From contig OZ024741.1 in assembly GCA_964016885.1 (NCBI GenBank), positions 114,204,001 through 114,268,000 on the forward strand: a DNA stretch of 64,000 bases. Reading direction: 5' to 3'. Under the pieces are notes generated by a model. The model had not been told where the DNA came from. It worked only from the letters and a program-made list of their open reading frames with translations, and ran no database searches. The translations under genes were made by a program, and so were the position numbers. The DNA is from Eledone cirrhosa. Taxonomy: Eukaryota. Below are positions 11,248 to 25,748 of this stretch, piece by piece (positions within the stretch are counted from its first letter, which is position 1; each line of letters begins with the position of its first letter).

Positions 11248-12587
11248 AAATGAATTGTCTTCAAATTCTTGATATGAGGGAGAAAAAATAATGATGTTCT
11301 CTCACAGAATTCATTCCCTCATATGGAGACACACCAGTCAGAAACACGGCGACTGCTATTAGCTTCAGTTGAGGTCATAAAAGTTTTTAGATTTCTATCG
11401 CTGCAAAAGACGCTGGACATCAATCAAATCTGTAGGGATACAGTCAGTCATAGTTAATGTGAGTGGGTATACACACATTCCACACCCACATTCACTGGCT
11501 CGAGGTCAAAGGAAAATATATACATATATATATACACACATCAACACAGTATTAAACCTGTAGAGTTAGTTTGGGTGGGTACACACACACTTTTACACAC
11601 ACCGAAGCGATGTCCGAGAAAAAACAAATATAAGAAAACAAATATAAGAATGTACCAACACAGCACTCACCGAAAGTTAGTTCACAAAGCAACAGAAGCT
11701 ATATTGGTCAAATCTCAATTTGACGATGTAAATTGGAAATATTGGGTTAACCAATGCCCCACACATACACACACACACACATGCAAGTAAGTTCAGTTCA
11801 GTGTTCTGCTATACGTGTATAGATCGAATTGTAACATCCATATCTTCAAGTGTATGTTATGGTATATACACATCCAAATGGTCCAAAAAAGGGGGTATGT
11901 CCGGGTATATACACATCCATGTGGAGAGCAAGCAATCAGCTCATGTCGAACTCAGTATGTACCGCTGTCCCATTGAGAATCCAAGTCACCAAATCCGTGC
12001 ATGCAAGCAACCGCAATGTAGGCCAGCAAAGGGCTCCATGTAGGGTTGGGTATTGGGTAAATGCGTCCGCAACTGCGATTTCCCGTCATATGGGCCAATG
12101 AGCTTTTAAGATAGTTGTTTGAGTGGTGGAGATGTGTTATCCAACACAGAAGGTGAAGTAAAAAAACAACAACACAGGATATAAAATCCAAAGGATGTGT
12201 GTAGGCCCATTAATGGTATGTCAGTATTATTATTCAATCCGTAACAGTGAGTCCTCTATGGTTAGATGATCACGGATCAAAACCTGGTGTAGTGTTCAGT
12301 CGGTAGGAACGTGACAGTCGTAATTATGGGAGCTCAATGTCTAAAGGAAATGGGTACTGTGTGTAGAGTTATGTATAGAGAGCGTAATCGGTCCTAACTA
12401 AGTGTGTAATCAATCTAACTATTTACTAGCTAGGTATTCTAAAAAAGAGCACTCAGCTGTGAGAACTCCGTGGAAACAGGCCGAGTATCGTTTGTAAGTA
12501 CGCAAACAATCTTAGCCGTCTAACTACCTAAGTGTGTGACTGTCTGTTTATTGAGAGAACTCTATGGTTAAAGTAGAGAGGGAGGAG

Positions 12588-13529
12588 TTAGTGGTAGGTT
12601 ACCTTCCAAAAAATCCTGCGGAAGGTTTTCGAAGTTCTATGTTGGCAGTTGCTGAAAAAATCTGCTCTCCTATTAATTAATAGGGGGCTGCCTCTAATAA
12701 TATTAAAAGTTTCAGCTATACATAAATTGCAGACGCCACTGCAGCCGTTATAAGGTTGGGCTGAGCAAACTATGGACCAGGATAAGGAGTGCTCTATATT
12801 CTGATGTTTAAGCTTCCAGACTAATTCTGAAAGTGGCGTGCTATTTTTTTTATCTAATCTATTATAGGTATGGCGGTGATTATACCATCTATCCTTAAAT
12901 TCTGTGGCAGTTGCCCCAACATACCTAAAAGTTCTATCAGGACTGGAGACCTTAGAGTCGTAGACTATGTTTTTGGTAAGGCATTTCCCAGCCATGGGGC
13001 AGGTGGCGGTGCTTCTGCAGTTACATTTTTTGCTATCGACCTGGGTAGTTCCAGATGGACCACGGTACCTTTGGGGTCGGGTCTCAGTTCCAGTCTGCTC
13101 TATGGGTAAATTCCCTGGGGTTGGGGAGACCTGACTCGCCTCACGTGTATGAGTCAGTTCCTCAATAGAGCTGCTATTGTTTCTGCCATGCCTAATTCCC
13201 TCATGGGCTGTCCTAAGTCTACTATAATTCATCTTAGTTATATTCTGAGCTATGTTACTAGTTGTGGAGTAGGACAGCTTGATGGTATTTCTATTGAATA
13301 TTTTATAATATCTGTGCGATCTAGGGAAGCATTTGTCTAAGGCCCTAAAGAAAAGCTTAGCTATACTAGTGGTGAGGCCAGTGGAGTAAGGGGTATTATA
13401 CCACAGGACTTTTCTGGTCCGATGCCTCCTGTTCCTACTAACTATATTAGAATTACTTGTCTCCCTAGTAGTTACTGGTCTATTGTAACTGGAAATTACC
13501 TGTGGGTCGATGGTGTCCTGGGGTGTCAT
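12588..13529 (-). CDS. PLE polyprotein C-terminus with GIY-YIG endonuclease
   Basis: WYNTPYS..KIFNRNTIKLSYS, CNC..CP..GKC, NIVY..YVGAT..FKDRWYNH, CNLCIAE motifs. Confidence 0.9.
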   Translation of the reverse strand: MTPQDTIDPQVISSYNRPVTTRETSNSNIVSRNRRHRTRKVLWYNTPYSTGLTTSIAKLFFRALDKCFPRSHRYYKIFNRNTIKLSYSTTSNIAQNITKMNYSRLRTAHEGIRHGRNNSSSIEELTHTREASQVSPTPGNLPIEQTGTETRPQRYRGPSGTTQVDSKKCNCRSTATCPMAGKCLTKNIVYDSKVSSPDRTFRYVGATATEFKDRWYNHRHTYNRLDKKNSTPLSELVWKLKHQNIEHSLSWSIVCSAQPYNGCSGVCNLCIAETFNIIRGSPLLINRRADFFSNCQHRTSKTFRRIFWKVTYH

Positions 13530-14107
13530 GATTGTGTTCGGAATCGTCCCAAGTCTCCAGGGCGGTGTACCCCCGTGTGACCATTGGGATTACCCTCGAT
13601 AGCCGGGGTTGTATCCACTATGCGTCTGCTACACCTGTCCCTATTCCCCTTACTTGACCCTCGTTCCATACTGCGTTCAACGGTAGTTTTATCGGTTCCA
13701 CAATTAAGGTTACCATTAGAGTTTCCGCTGGCGTTATGTTGCTCAGACCCAGTGTTAGTACCTGGGTGGTTGTTTCTATTGGTACCAACAGCATTGGGAC
13801 CAGGTGGCAGTACAACATGAAGACTATATAAGTCCTCCCTCGTATCACGCCTGCTGTTAACTAGAGTGTCACTATTTAGGCCTAAGCTATCGCAGGCAAT
13901 GTTGCTTCTACTATTTAAAGGACGTTTGAATGAGATTCCTCGCTATGCCCCGTGGGTTCCAGGGCGCTATTATAGTAATTCAAGATCTTATTAAAGGTAT
14001 CTTCATTGGAAGATAGTCCTGAAATTCTACTAGAGACGCTTTTGGTAATACCGTTAGTGACTATTTTTATTTTTCCCTCATATCAAGAATTTGAAGACAA
14101 TTCATTT

Positions 14108-14181
14108 TCACCTGATGAGATCAGTGATAATCGATCATGGCTTCACAATCGATCTATCTCTTATTGAAACATGTGTCGTGA
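14108..14181 (+). ncRNA. Hammerhead-like motif in the inverted PLE pseudo-LTR
   Basis: tcac-CTGATGA(14112-14118)...GAAA(14166-14169)-catgtgt-C-gtga. Confidence 0.6.
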
Positions 14182-14241
14182 TTAAACGAGTGGAATTTTA
14201 CTTTGCTTTCTGATTTTCATTTTGATATATATATATATATA

Positions 14242-15530
14242 CAGGGTGCGAACGATATTTGTTCGCAAGATTACTGTCTAGGAAAAAATAACACAGTAGT
14301 TTTATTTTTTAAGATTTATTGATCAAACTTGGGTCAGTTTGTCTTCACGACTTATTCTTTTGATCTCACTCGATAAACCCGCCATTGGCTTTGATGACGG
14401 CCTCAAGGCGGCCTCGGAACCGGCTACAGGCTTTCGTCACTGTCCCCAGACTTAGGCCCCTAAAGGCAGTGTGATCCTGGCCTTCAGATCGTCTTTCGTA
14501 TTGCAGCTAAATCTATTGGTGTCTTGTTCCACTGCGCCCCACACAAAGAAGTTGAGGGGGTTGCAGTCAGGCGAGCTGGGAGGCCAGATGTCAGGTGAAG
14601 TGTGGTCGACGAAGTTCTCTGACAGCCAGGCTTGGGTCTTTCAGCTGGTATGGCATGGCGCTGAGTCTTGCTGCCACACGTACAGCCTACCTGCAGCTAC
14701 CTAGTCGATCCAGGGCTTTACTACCTCGCTCAGAATGCGGATGTAGCCATTGGTGTTCAGCTTGAGACCCTCAGGGAAGAAGTGAGGTGGCATGACGTCA
14801 CCTTGAATGCTGACGACACCTAAGACCAATGTTATCGCTAGAAACTTTGTCTGCATGACTCTGGACACGTCTTTGGATGAGACAGCGAGCCACCTGTTGT
14901 CCTGTTGAGCAGAAGTTTTTCACGTCGGATAAAAGCCACAGCATGTCTGGCTCCAGTGGGTGTTTCAACTTGTTGATCAGCTTCTTTGCGTGCTTCAGTT
15001 GCTTTTCTTGCATCGCCTTTGACAGAAATTGTCATTTCCTCATCTTGTATGAAACGTAGCGCATGTCTTCATGTACCACCAGCCTAATGAGCTTTACATC
15101 CACGCCTTTCCCCCTTGCTATGGCACGCATCGACTTGCTAGGTACATTGTTGATGATATCCTGAACTTCAGCGACGAACTTGGGCGTTCTGAAGGTGTCA
15201 GATCGTCGATCATGTGTTTTCCTCTCTGATGTTGCTTCGTAGTCGAATCCTGAATCTTCGACTTCCTTTCTGACCTTTTCCACCATTCTCCTGGTGACGC
15301 TGAGAAAGTCTGAAATTTCCTTATTTGTCCTCCCGGCGCGGATTCCAAGAAGAACTCCGTGTCTCTTCCACAAATTTGGAGGTTCAAAATTATTCATAAT
15401 CGATTATTCTGAAAATAAATAATGGAAATATAGTCTCTGTTTTTATGAAGACAAGAGTGACAACGGAAGTAAAAATAATTTGCATAAAATTAGCAGTTGA
15501 AAATTGCGAACAAATATCTTCCGCACCCTG
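14242..15530 (-). mobile_element. Tc1/mariner DD37D (maT-type) transposon, full length, inactivated
   Basis: ~27-bp TIRs CAGGGTGCG.A.GATATTTGTTCGCAA, TA TSDs; QQDSAPCH-x-WPPSSPDCNPLN with 37-residue spacing (last D changed to N); frameshifts. Confidence 0.92.
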
Positions 15531-15900
15531 TATAGCTGTGTGTGTGTGTGTGTGTTTTTGTGTGTATAATGGATGAAATGTTACTTGTTAAGATCATTAT
15601 TCAACTTAGCACTCTATACTTAAGATAAGTAGAGTAGATGTTTTATAAGTGTTCCCTCTCTACAGTTAAGGTTTTACTGCTTGGAAATAATAGCAGCTTA
15701 ATAGTAAGGCAGAGAATCCTTATAATAATAACAATAGAGAGTGACTGGTCTATTGGATTGTAGTTAATCCTGGCATAAAACATCTTCAACATTCAATGTG
15801 AGTTGATATTGTGTCAACCTGGGGATTTACTAATTTCTTTTGAAAATATGTGTGTATACATGTGTGTGTATAATAATAATAATAATAATAATATATATAT

Positions 15901-18900
15901 ATCATCATCATCATCATAATCACTGTTTTACGTCCGTTCTTCCATGCTAGCATGGGTTAGACGGGTTGTCCTGTTGTGAGCAGTGTCTGGTCGGCTGACC
16001 ATGCCTTGTTCATACAAGAACTGATTTTGGCTTGATTTCTACAGCTGGATGCCCTTCCTAACACCAACCTCATTTACAGTGAGTGCTGGGTGATTTTTTT
16101 CTGTGGCGCCTACACGTCCACTTTACAGTGTGGGCTGGGTGTTTTTTTGCCATGGCACCTCCACGACCACTTTGCAGTGGGAGGGTGTGGGGGCATATTG
16201 TCTATATGCTTCAGCTTGTACTCATGGGAAGTCGGGAACTCTGTATTACTGCGTGGCGCCAGAGGTCACGGTCGTGTGTCATCACCTTTGAGAGGTGTAA
16301 TTGGGTAAGGTCGGCTTTTATCACCTCATCCCAGGTCATCTTGGATCTCCCCACTCCGTGGTTTCCATTGACTTCTAGTGCTCTGCACCTTTTTATGCAG
16401 CTGTCATCCTTCATACGCATCACATGTCCATACCAATGCAACCGCCTCTCCTGCACACAGCATTTGATTCCTCTTATGCTCAGTCTCTCTCTCAATTCAT
16501 TTATGCTTTGATGTTCGCGTATATTACTATTACACATCCATCGGAGCAGGCAGGCTTCGTTTCTTTCTAATCTACATAAGTCTTCCACCTTCAGCGCCCA
16601 GGTCTCACTACCATGTAACATTGCTGTCCGTATACACGCATCATACAGTCTGCCTTTCATTTTGAGGGAAAAGCCTTTTGCAGCTAGCAGTGGCAGTAGC
16701 TCCCTGAACTTCTTCCATCCCGTTCTTACCCTAGTTATTGTACTTTCCGAACACCCACCTCTGCTGCGAATTCGGTCACCTAGGTAGCAGAAGCTGTCTA
16801 CTATCTCTACAGAGCTCTCCCAGAGATTGGTGGTACTTGTTTCCTGTGGCAGTTTGCTGCTTGCTGTCCCAGCACAGCTGCTGCATGTTGTGAAGCCTAC
16901 ATTCTTAATTAAGCTTCCTGAGATCCCGCTACATTTCTTGTGTACCCATTGTTTGCATTTGGGGCAGAGAATGGAGTTCCTACCTACACCTTTCCTACAT
17001 ACTGAGCAAGGCCATTTCCCTGAGGGGATCTGGGTTTTGTTTTCTAGTCTACTTACAAGTACCTTAGTCTTTGTCAGGTTGACTTTGAGACCCTTTCTTC
17101 CTAGTCCCTGCTTCCAAGTTTGGAATTTCTTCTCTAGTTCTACCATAGATTCAGCTATAAGTGCAAGGTCATCTGCATACAGGAGTTCCCATGGGCATCC
17201 AGTCTTAAACTCCTCAATTATTGCTTGCAGGACTATGATGAACAGGAGAGGGCTAAGAACAGAGCCCTGGTGGACACCAACCTGTACGCTAAATTCCTCG
17301 CTATACTCATTGTTAATCCTAACTTTGCTGACTGCTCCCCTATACATGGCTTGTACAGCTTTCATAAGCCATCCATCTACTCCTAGTTTTCTAAGAGCCC
17401 ACCAGATTATAGCACGTGGAACTCTGTCAAAGGCTTTCTCGAGATCGACGAATGCCAGGTAGAGTGGCTTACTTTTAGCTAGGTACTTTTCCTGTAACTG
17501 CCTCACAAGGAAGAGGGCATCAGTGGTGCCTTTCCCTGGTACATACCTAAATTGCATCTCATCTAGTTTCACCCGGTCCCTAATCAACTGTGCTATAACT
17601 CTTTCTGTTACTTTCATAACCTGGTCCATCAGCTTTATACCTCTATAGTTTCCTCTATCTAGTACATCACCTTTACCTTTGTAGCATTTGACAATGATGC
17701 TCCTGCACCAATCTTTTGGTATGACACCTTCTAGTATTACCTGGTTAACAATACGTGTGGCTACAGACCCAGATGTTCAGCATCTCGGCAGCTATACCTG
17801 ATGGACCAGTTGCCTTCCCCATCTTCATATCTTTGATTGCCTTACTTACTACACTGCTGCTGACTTGTACTGCTGGCCCCTCTATAGGGTCTACTTGGGG
17901 TAGGGTCTCTTCTTCCCATGCATTCTCCTCATTTAGTAATCTATCATAATGGCTCTTCCATGCATCTTTCTTCTCAACACTTGTGAGGGCAAGCTCACCT
18001 TTATCATTCCAGATACACTTCTCTCCAATGACATCACAATTCTCTCTGACATACTGCCTCGCAATCTTGAACACCTCCTATTTCTGGTCCTCATGTTGCA
18101 AAACATCCTTGAATTTTCTATCCTCTGCTTCACCTCCTAGCTATGTATACTTGTCGCCTAGCTTCCCTCTTGGTCTCTATGTAATGTGCCCTGCTTCCCC
18201 CGTTCTTCCATTCTTTCCATGCCTGTCTCTTGGCCTTAACTGCCTCATCTACTTTATTGTTCACCACCAAATCACTGTCCTCCTGCTTGTGGTCTTACTC
18301 CAGCCACAGATCTCATCCGTCGCCTCTAGTAAGTTATTTTTGGGAACTCCCAGTGCTCTTCTACATTGAATGTCTCTATCTGTTCTTCTTTACTGTCGTA
18401 GGCGTTGAGTAAAATATCTTTAAATCTGTTACTGGCTGAGGGGTCTTTCAGCTTCCAGATCTTACTTCTCCAGGTTGGTCTCTGTTTCCAGGTTCGTCTA
18501 GTTCTGACCGTGAGGTCGCTGACAACTAAGCTATGTTGGGAGTACATTCCTCACTAGGGAAGTCTTTTGTGTTTACGACCGTCCATCTCTCACGTCCTTG
18601 ATGAGGATAAAATCTATCTGACTAGAATGCTCCCCTGATCTATAGGTGATCAGGTGGTTGTCGGGTTTTTTTAAGTTTGTGTTACATATCGACATGTCAT
18701 TGGCGTCACAGAATTCTAGAAGTCTGAATCCTTCTTCATTTCTTGTGCCAACCCCATGGCCTCCATGGACTTTATTGAAGCCGTCACAGTGTTTACCTAC
18801 ATGTCCGTTAAAATCTCCTGCAATGATTAGGAAGTCATTGTCATTTGTTAGAGCAGTAGTGTGCATTAGGGACTCGTAAAACCTATCCTTAAGTTCGTAT

Positions 18901-19400
18901 GGCAACCCCGATTGGGGTGCGTAAGCTGATATTATTGTGGTAATTGTTTTATTCAGGACTAATCTGAGTTTAATGATTCTTGCATTCACCCAGTTCACTG
19001 AGATTACCTTATCTACCCATTTATCAGCTAATAGAATACCTACACCACCCATCCCGTTGTCATTTCTCACCCAGAAAAATGTGTAGCACTGACTTTTGCT
19101 CTAGCGGACTCTCCTCTCCATCTAGTCTCTTGTACACAGCATACATCAATTTCCTTTTGCCCTAGCATCTCTACGATTTCTCTTGCTCTTCCTTTCATTG
19201 TACTTACATTGATGGTACCAACTCGGAGTTTTGGGCATTTATTTGTCAACATTCGTGGGGAAGGGTCGATTTTTGCAGGGGAGTGTGTGTGCTTCCTGTC
19301 TCTGAATTGAAGCTTCCCATGGGTGCTTGGTAGCTCGCGGATTCATATTCATTTTCATTGTTTAATTCAGGGCTGCTCCATTTATTCTCAGCTCATCCAT
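15901..19400 (-). mobile_element. Near-full-length RTE LINE (family B), frameshifted, APE + RT + PHD
   Basis: APE (LRVGTINV, VQETRW, GDFNGHVG, QIDFIL) and 472-aa RT ORF 16211-17629; (GAT)n tail at 15901. Confidence 0.93.
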
Positions 19401-19465
19401 ACATAACGGTAGGAAAATTCAGTGCTAGAAGAACATATATATGTATATAATAATAATAATAATAA

Positions 19466-22400
19466 GAAGAAGAAGAAACTCAAAATGAAAACAATGAGAT
19501 CATAAATGATAAAGAAATGAATGAGAATGAACTTGCCAACTTGAAGGATGAAATTATGATCGAATGGATGAAAATGAAAGAATCTGACATGGGGGAACGA
19601 GACACTCTCCCTAAGATCCAGAACTCCAAACAGAACCAAATGATAATACACAAGACTAACATAATTCTCAAAAACATTATCATCACAAACAAACTAAACA
19701 TTACTGATTTAAATCATCTCTATTATGCATAGGCTAAAGTCACCACTCACTTATGTGGAGTGAAAATGAAAAAACAAAGGAATTCCCACAAGAAATCTAC
19801 TTGGCAAGAGAACATCAATCGCCAAATAAACCTTCTCCGATCTGACAGAAATTTTAACAAACTACAAAGTAGGTGAACATGTTAAACAAACTAAACATAG
19901 AAAATTGAAAAGAAAATACAGTATAAAATCAACAAGTGACATAGACATGCTGATAGAAATAATCAAGCAAAAAGTGTCGGGCAAAGCTGCTCGTATAAAG
20001 CACTTGGAAAAGCGATCTAGATTCTATAAGGACAATAATATGTTCAAAAACAACCAAAGAAACTTCTACAGAAAAATAGGCAAGTCAACAATAACTGCTA
20101 AATCAATACCACCCAAGGAGGAAATGCAAGAATTCTGGGAAAAGATCTGGGCCGAAGAAAAAGTTCATAGTATACATGCCCCATGGATAGACAGACACAT
20201 GAAAGATACAGCTCACCTTGAGGAACAAATATGGAAAATATAACAGTTGAACAGTTGCGTTTGACTCTTAGAAAAACCAGCAAATGGAAATCCTCAGGAA
20301 AAGACAAAATACCAAATTTTTGGATAAATGCCTTCACAGAGTCTCATGAGCTGTTAGCCCAACTTTACAATGAAATAGTTAAGGAGCCAGAAAAGATACC
20401 ATCATGGCTAGTTAACGGCATTACATTCCTACTTCCGAAGAATGATGAGACAAACAATCCCAAAAATTACAGACCGATAACTTGCTTGACCACAATGTAT
20501 AACATTTTAACATCAGTCCTAACTGAATATACATATGACCACCTGATAACAAATGATCTATTTCCCAATGAGCAGAAAGGGTGTAAATGAGGATCATATG
20601 GCTGTAAGGATCAGCTTTTGGTTAACAAAATGATACTGGAAGATTGTCACAAAAATCTATCAATTGCTTGGATAGATTATAAAAAAAGCATTCTATAGTT
20701 TGCCACACAGTTGGATTGAAAAATCTTTAGAGATTTTCAAAATATCTCCCATTGTCAGGAGGTTCCTGTCATTCAGTATGAAGACATGGAAAACGACACT
20801 CCTTTTGAATAGTGAAACAAAATCACTGGAAGCTGGAGAAGTTAATATTAATTGTGGAATTTTTCAGGGTGACTCTTTATCACCACTTTTATCATCGCAT
20901 TTATACCATTAAGTAAAATGCTCAATGAAACAAAACATGGATATAAAGTCTATGACAAAACCATTAATCACTTGTTCTACATGGATGACCTGAAACTATT
21001 TACAAAAAATGATGAATAATTACAACGGCTATTATCCACTGTGAAGCAGTTCAGTGATGACATTAAAATGGAGTTTGGACTAGATAAATGCACCAAAGCA
21101 ACGTTCACCAGAGGAAAGCTGCTGAAAAGTTCAGACATTAATCTTGATCGGGGGAATGTGATAAGAGAACTTGATCAAGACGAAACTTACAAATATCTAG
21201 GTGTTTGTGAAGGAGACGGAATCAAGCACTCAACAATGGGGGAAAGGATAAGGAAGGAATGTTACCGCAGAGTAAGAGCAATCTTAAGAACGGAATTGAA
21301 TGCAAGGAATAGGATCGATACCATAAACATGCTTGCTATACCAGTAGTAACCTACAGTTACAATGTCATCAACTGGTCAAGCACAGAGATCCGTCGGCTC
21401 GATACAAAAATTAAAAAATTTTTAACCATGCACAGAATGCATCACCCTAAGGCAGATACAGATAGAATATATCTCCCTAGGAAAGAAGTAGGACGTGGGT
21501 TAATCCAGTTAGATATTGCGTTGAAAACTGCAACAATTGGATTATTTACATATCTAAGGGAATCACATGATTGGATGATCAAACTCGTTTTGAAACACGA
21601 AAGCATCAAAAGATCATACTCCATTACAAAAGATGCACAAAGATACAGTAATGGACTACACATTTCAGAAGTTCCATTTACTGCTGAAATGGAAAACACA
21701 GAAAAAGCAAAGCAGGTAAAAGTAACTGCAAAGAAAGAACTGCTACAGAAACTGGCCAAGAAAAGCCTCTGTATGGAAAATACCCAGAAAGAGCTAACAA
21801 TCCTGATGTTGACAAAACTTGAACCCATCAGTGGTTGGCATCCTCTGGACTGAAATCGGAGACTGAAGGAGTGATTATATTAGCACAAGATCAGTGTCTG
21901 CCAACAAAAAATTAACAAACCAACATAATAAAAAATGGATGCAACCCATTATGCCGTGTATGTAAAAAACAACCAGAGACCATTGATCATATAATTTCAA
22001 TGTGCATTCCTATAGCTCCAACTGAATACCTAAACAGGCATGACAGAGCTGCACAATACATACATTGGATAATGTGTAAGCATTTTGACCTGCCCCATCA
22101 AAAGAATTGGAGGGAGCATCAACCACCCCCATACTTGAAAAAGATCACATCTCAATCTTGTGGAACCGAAAAATAGATGCAAACAGACCGAAAAATAGAT
22201 GGAAATAGACCTGATATAATACTGAAGGACTTTAAAAAGAGGGTATGCCTGCTAATTGATATGCCCGTTCCAATAGACAAGAATGTATCTATAAAAACAT
22301 TTGAAAAATTGAGCAAGTATAAGGACCTGGAGATAGAAATTGGAAAAATGTGGAAATTGAGAACTAAAACAATACCAGTGGTTGTAGGCACTCTAGGAAT

Positions 22401-22665
22401 GATACCTAAGGGGTCTAATGATTACTTATCACAAATCCCAGGAAGCCCGCATATAGGAGAAATACAAAAGATAGTACTAATGGGAACTGCCCATATACTA
22501 AGGAAGATTCTGTCAATATAAGTACATCACAAGTCTAAACACCTAAAGATGCATGTGTGTGTATGTATGTTCTTTCTTGAACATGGCAGATCTTGTTGTC
22601 TCTTGAGGTCACTGGTTATGACTTGGTGATAACTCGTATGAACATAAAGCAAGATAAATGCAATT

Positions 22666-22708
<43 letters not shown>
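19466..22708 (+). mobile_element. R4/Dong-clade LINE (RT + restriction-like endonuclease), 5'-truncated, in a (TAA)n tract
   Basis: [48 protein letters not shown]; (TAA)n on both sides. Confidence 0.92.
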
Positions 22709-22709
<1 letters not shown>

Positions 22710-22839
22710 GAGCAGGATCGAAGTATCAATATGACATCAATATATTTATTTACACTTGACATGCATTTTGTGATTGATCATCTCAATGCACAATCGGTAG
22801 TGATAGGGACTCGATAGCTCATTGGACTTGTGTAATATA

Positions 22840-23980
22840 CGAGGGAGGATCAAAAGGTTCGTGGAATTTTTCAGAAAATAATCTATTTTTCAAAAAATAT
22901 CATTTACCTTCAATTTATTTTACTACATAGTTGCCATCCAGGTCAATACACTTCACAAGGCGATGCTTCCAGCTTCGTAAGCCGTCTCTAAAGAAAGTTG
23001 AAGGCCTTGTTCGAAGCCATGTGTTGGCAGTGATTTTAGCTTCTTCAACACCACTAAAACAGGTGCCTTTTAGCATTTCTTTGAATTTTGGAAAGAGGAA
23101 AAAGTCTGATGGGTCCTAAATCTGGACTATAAGGCGGGTGAGGAAGCACTTCCCATCGAAATTCTCGAAGAACTTCTTTTGCAACCCGTGCAGAATGCGC
23201 TAGTGCATTGTCATGGTGAAACAAGATCCCACCATGAAGTTTCCCTTTTCGTTTCTTGACTAATGCTTCTTTCAGCTTCCTTAAAACATTTGCATAGTAA
23301 GCTCCTGTCATTCTATTAGTATCATCCCATCTGAATCCCAGAAAATGGTAGCCATCACTTTTTGATCCGACTTTTGAGATTTAAACTTGATTGGCCACGA
23401 TAATCCACATGGAAGCCCCTGTTCTGACTGCTGTTTGGATTCAGGATCATACTGGTAGATCCAGGTTTCATCTCCGGTGATGATTCTGGTCAGGAAATGC
23501 TTCAATTTTGTTTAATATCGCCAAAGACAGATCACTTCGAAGAATCAGCAGATCAGGGCCCAACGCTTTTGGGACCCATCATGCTGAAAGCTTGTTTAGT
23601 CCCAAATTATCGTGCAGAATTGAATTTACCGAACCATATGATTAACTGTTATTCTTCGATCTTCTTCAATTAAAGTCTGAGCAGCCTCAACGTTTTTGTC
23701 ATTTTTTTTACTAAAGCCTCCATAATCTGTGTCCCTTTCCATTTGAGTTTCACCAGAAACTTGATATTCGATCTTATCTCAAAATAACTATTTTCCATTG
23801 TTCCAAAAAGAGGTTTTTTAAAGAGTGTCAGTACTGTACAATAGTCCGCGCATAACTGACTGCAAGTGACTAATAGCAAGGTAAACACCCAGTGACAATG
23901 TTCTGACATGTTTAATATTGTTTTAATCTGATTTTTTTCTTGCTACGATAAAATTCAGCGAACTTTTTGATCCCCCCTCG
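22840..23980 (-). mobile_element. mariner (DD34D) transposon, internally deleted, inactivated
   Basis: TIRs CGAGGG.GGATCAAAA.GTTCG, TA TSDs; WVP, ITGDETW, HHDNA, HPPYSPDL motifs. Confidence 0.92.
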
Positions 23981-25567
23981 TATATATATATGAAAATTGG
24001 GTATGTTTTTAAAACTGCTACAATACAGGTGGGGTTATAAATATTAAGGCAACAAAATCGACAACAAAAAAGAGGTGATGTGTGTGAAGAGGAAGAATAG
24101 AAAAAAAAAACACTGATTAGAGATTAGTGGATCAATCAGTCTCTATATTTTGGGGTCTGATGGCAATCTTGAATAATACCAGAGAGGACCTTTCTATACC
24201 TCTGTGTGGTTTATGTTGGAGATAGAACAATTAACATACATTTTTCATGTTTGCATGAGCTGAACATATAATCACAGATCACATGAGTGCATAATCAGAA
24301 TTTCAGTACTCCCTCTGACAGATCAGAGGGGACAGCCGACTTTTGTCCTGTTGTATATATGCATGTATGTATTCTGTACTGTCACATACAGTTGGCAGTT
24401 GCCACAATGCTTATGCCTTGAAACCTAAAGTAGTGCAATACATAATAGATGTATGAATCATAACGGACATATATGTATATATATACACACACATACATAT
24501 GTATCTTTGTTTTGTCATTTCCTTGAGCTATAATATATATATCCAATCCAATCCAATCCAGTGCTTTCTGTGTTGGGACCTGTGTTGGCTCTTGCTGTTT
24601 CAACAGCTAGTTCCAATGTTGAAACAGCAAGAACTGAGTCATTGGGTCCTGACTCTTTATGATATAGCCATATTCTACTACCCCAAGTATCGAGTACTCT
24701 GTTGAGTAATAGTCTAACAAGTTTCAAACTGGTTCTATCCTGATTTATATGTATATATATACACACACACACACATGCTTAGTGCTGATGGTCTGCCAAC
24801 CCTATGAGAATGCAAGAGAAACTCCACTATAACAAGACTCAAACTTGGCTTCAGTATAGAATATATATAAGTGTGTGTATGTGTGTGTATCTGAGTCTGT
24901 TTTTATATGTACTGTTTGCTTATGTTCCAAAACTGCAGTTTAACAAAAAGAGAAAGATAAAATAAGTACTAAACTAAAAAAAAGTACTGGGGTCAATATG
25001 ATAGACTAAATTGACTAAAACAAGTAAAAGAATAAAAGAATATATTCACTTTATACAGTTTGCTATTAAAGATTTTGTTAATAGATTTTAAGTAGATTTC
25101 AGAGAGACACTTTAGTATGAATAGCTATTGTGATTGGTTATTGTAAATGGCTCTTGTGAATGACCATTATGGAGGGTTATTGTGTATTGGCATTGTCATT
25201 TCAAAGCATGATATTACTTTGTAGGGATGTGTATATAAGCAGAAACTATAGTAAACACAAGATAATTTTATTGAAATTACTTTAAAGATTTTTCAGTCTC
25301 ATTCTGATCAAATAGTACTGAGTGTATCTGGCTTAGAATAAGTACACCATATCCCTGTTTGTTGAAGGAGGCAATTAAAAAAGTTCATGCCAGGAAGAAC
25401 TGATTGTAAGACATTGCCTCAAAATCACTTCATAATACATATGAAGCCTGTTATCGGGCCTGGTTTATAATAGGCATACTGTATTCCTGTGTCATATGAG
25501 GTAACTAAAAGCATGGCACCAGTAAGGGCATCTGACTGCAAAAGATTGCCTAAAAAAGCAACCCATG

Positions 25568-25748
25568 ATCATCATCACTTCATTTCATTTTATGTCCGCT
25601 TTTTCCCTGCTTGCAAGGGTGGGACGGGAACTGATTCTGGCTTGATTTCTACAGCTGGATGCCCTTCCTAATACCAACCTCATTTACAGTGAGTGCTGGG
25701 TGCTTTTTTGCCGTGGCACCTCCACGACCACTTTGCAGTGGAATGATA
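25568..25748 (-). mobile_element. Truncated SINE family 1 / RTE tail
   Basis: Matches 10717-10900. Confidence 0.8.

Larger units (their letters stand above)
11120..14227 (-). mobile_element. 5'-truncated Penelope-like element with inverted 5' pseudo-LTR
   Basis: 11120-11290 is the reverse complement of 14065-14227; thumb remnant (SVSSRISGLSSNEDTF..YNSAL) near 13950-14060; C-terminal GIY-YIG ORF. Confidence 0.9.
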
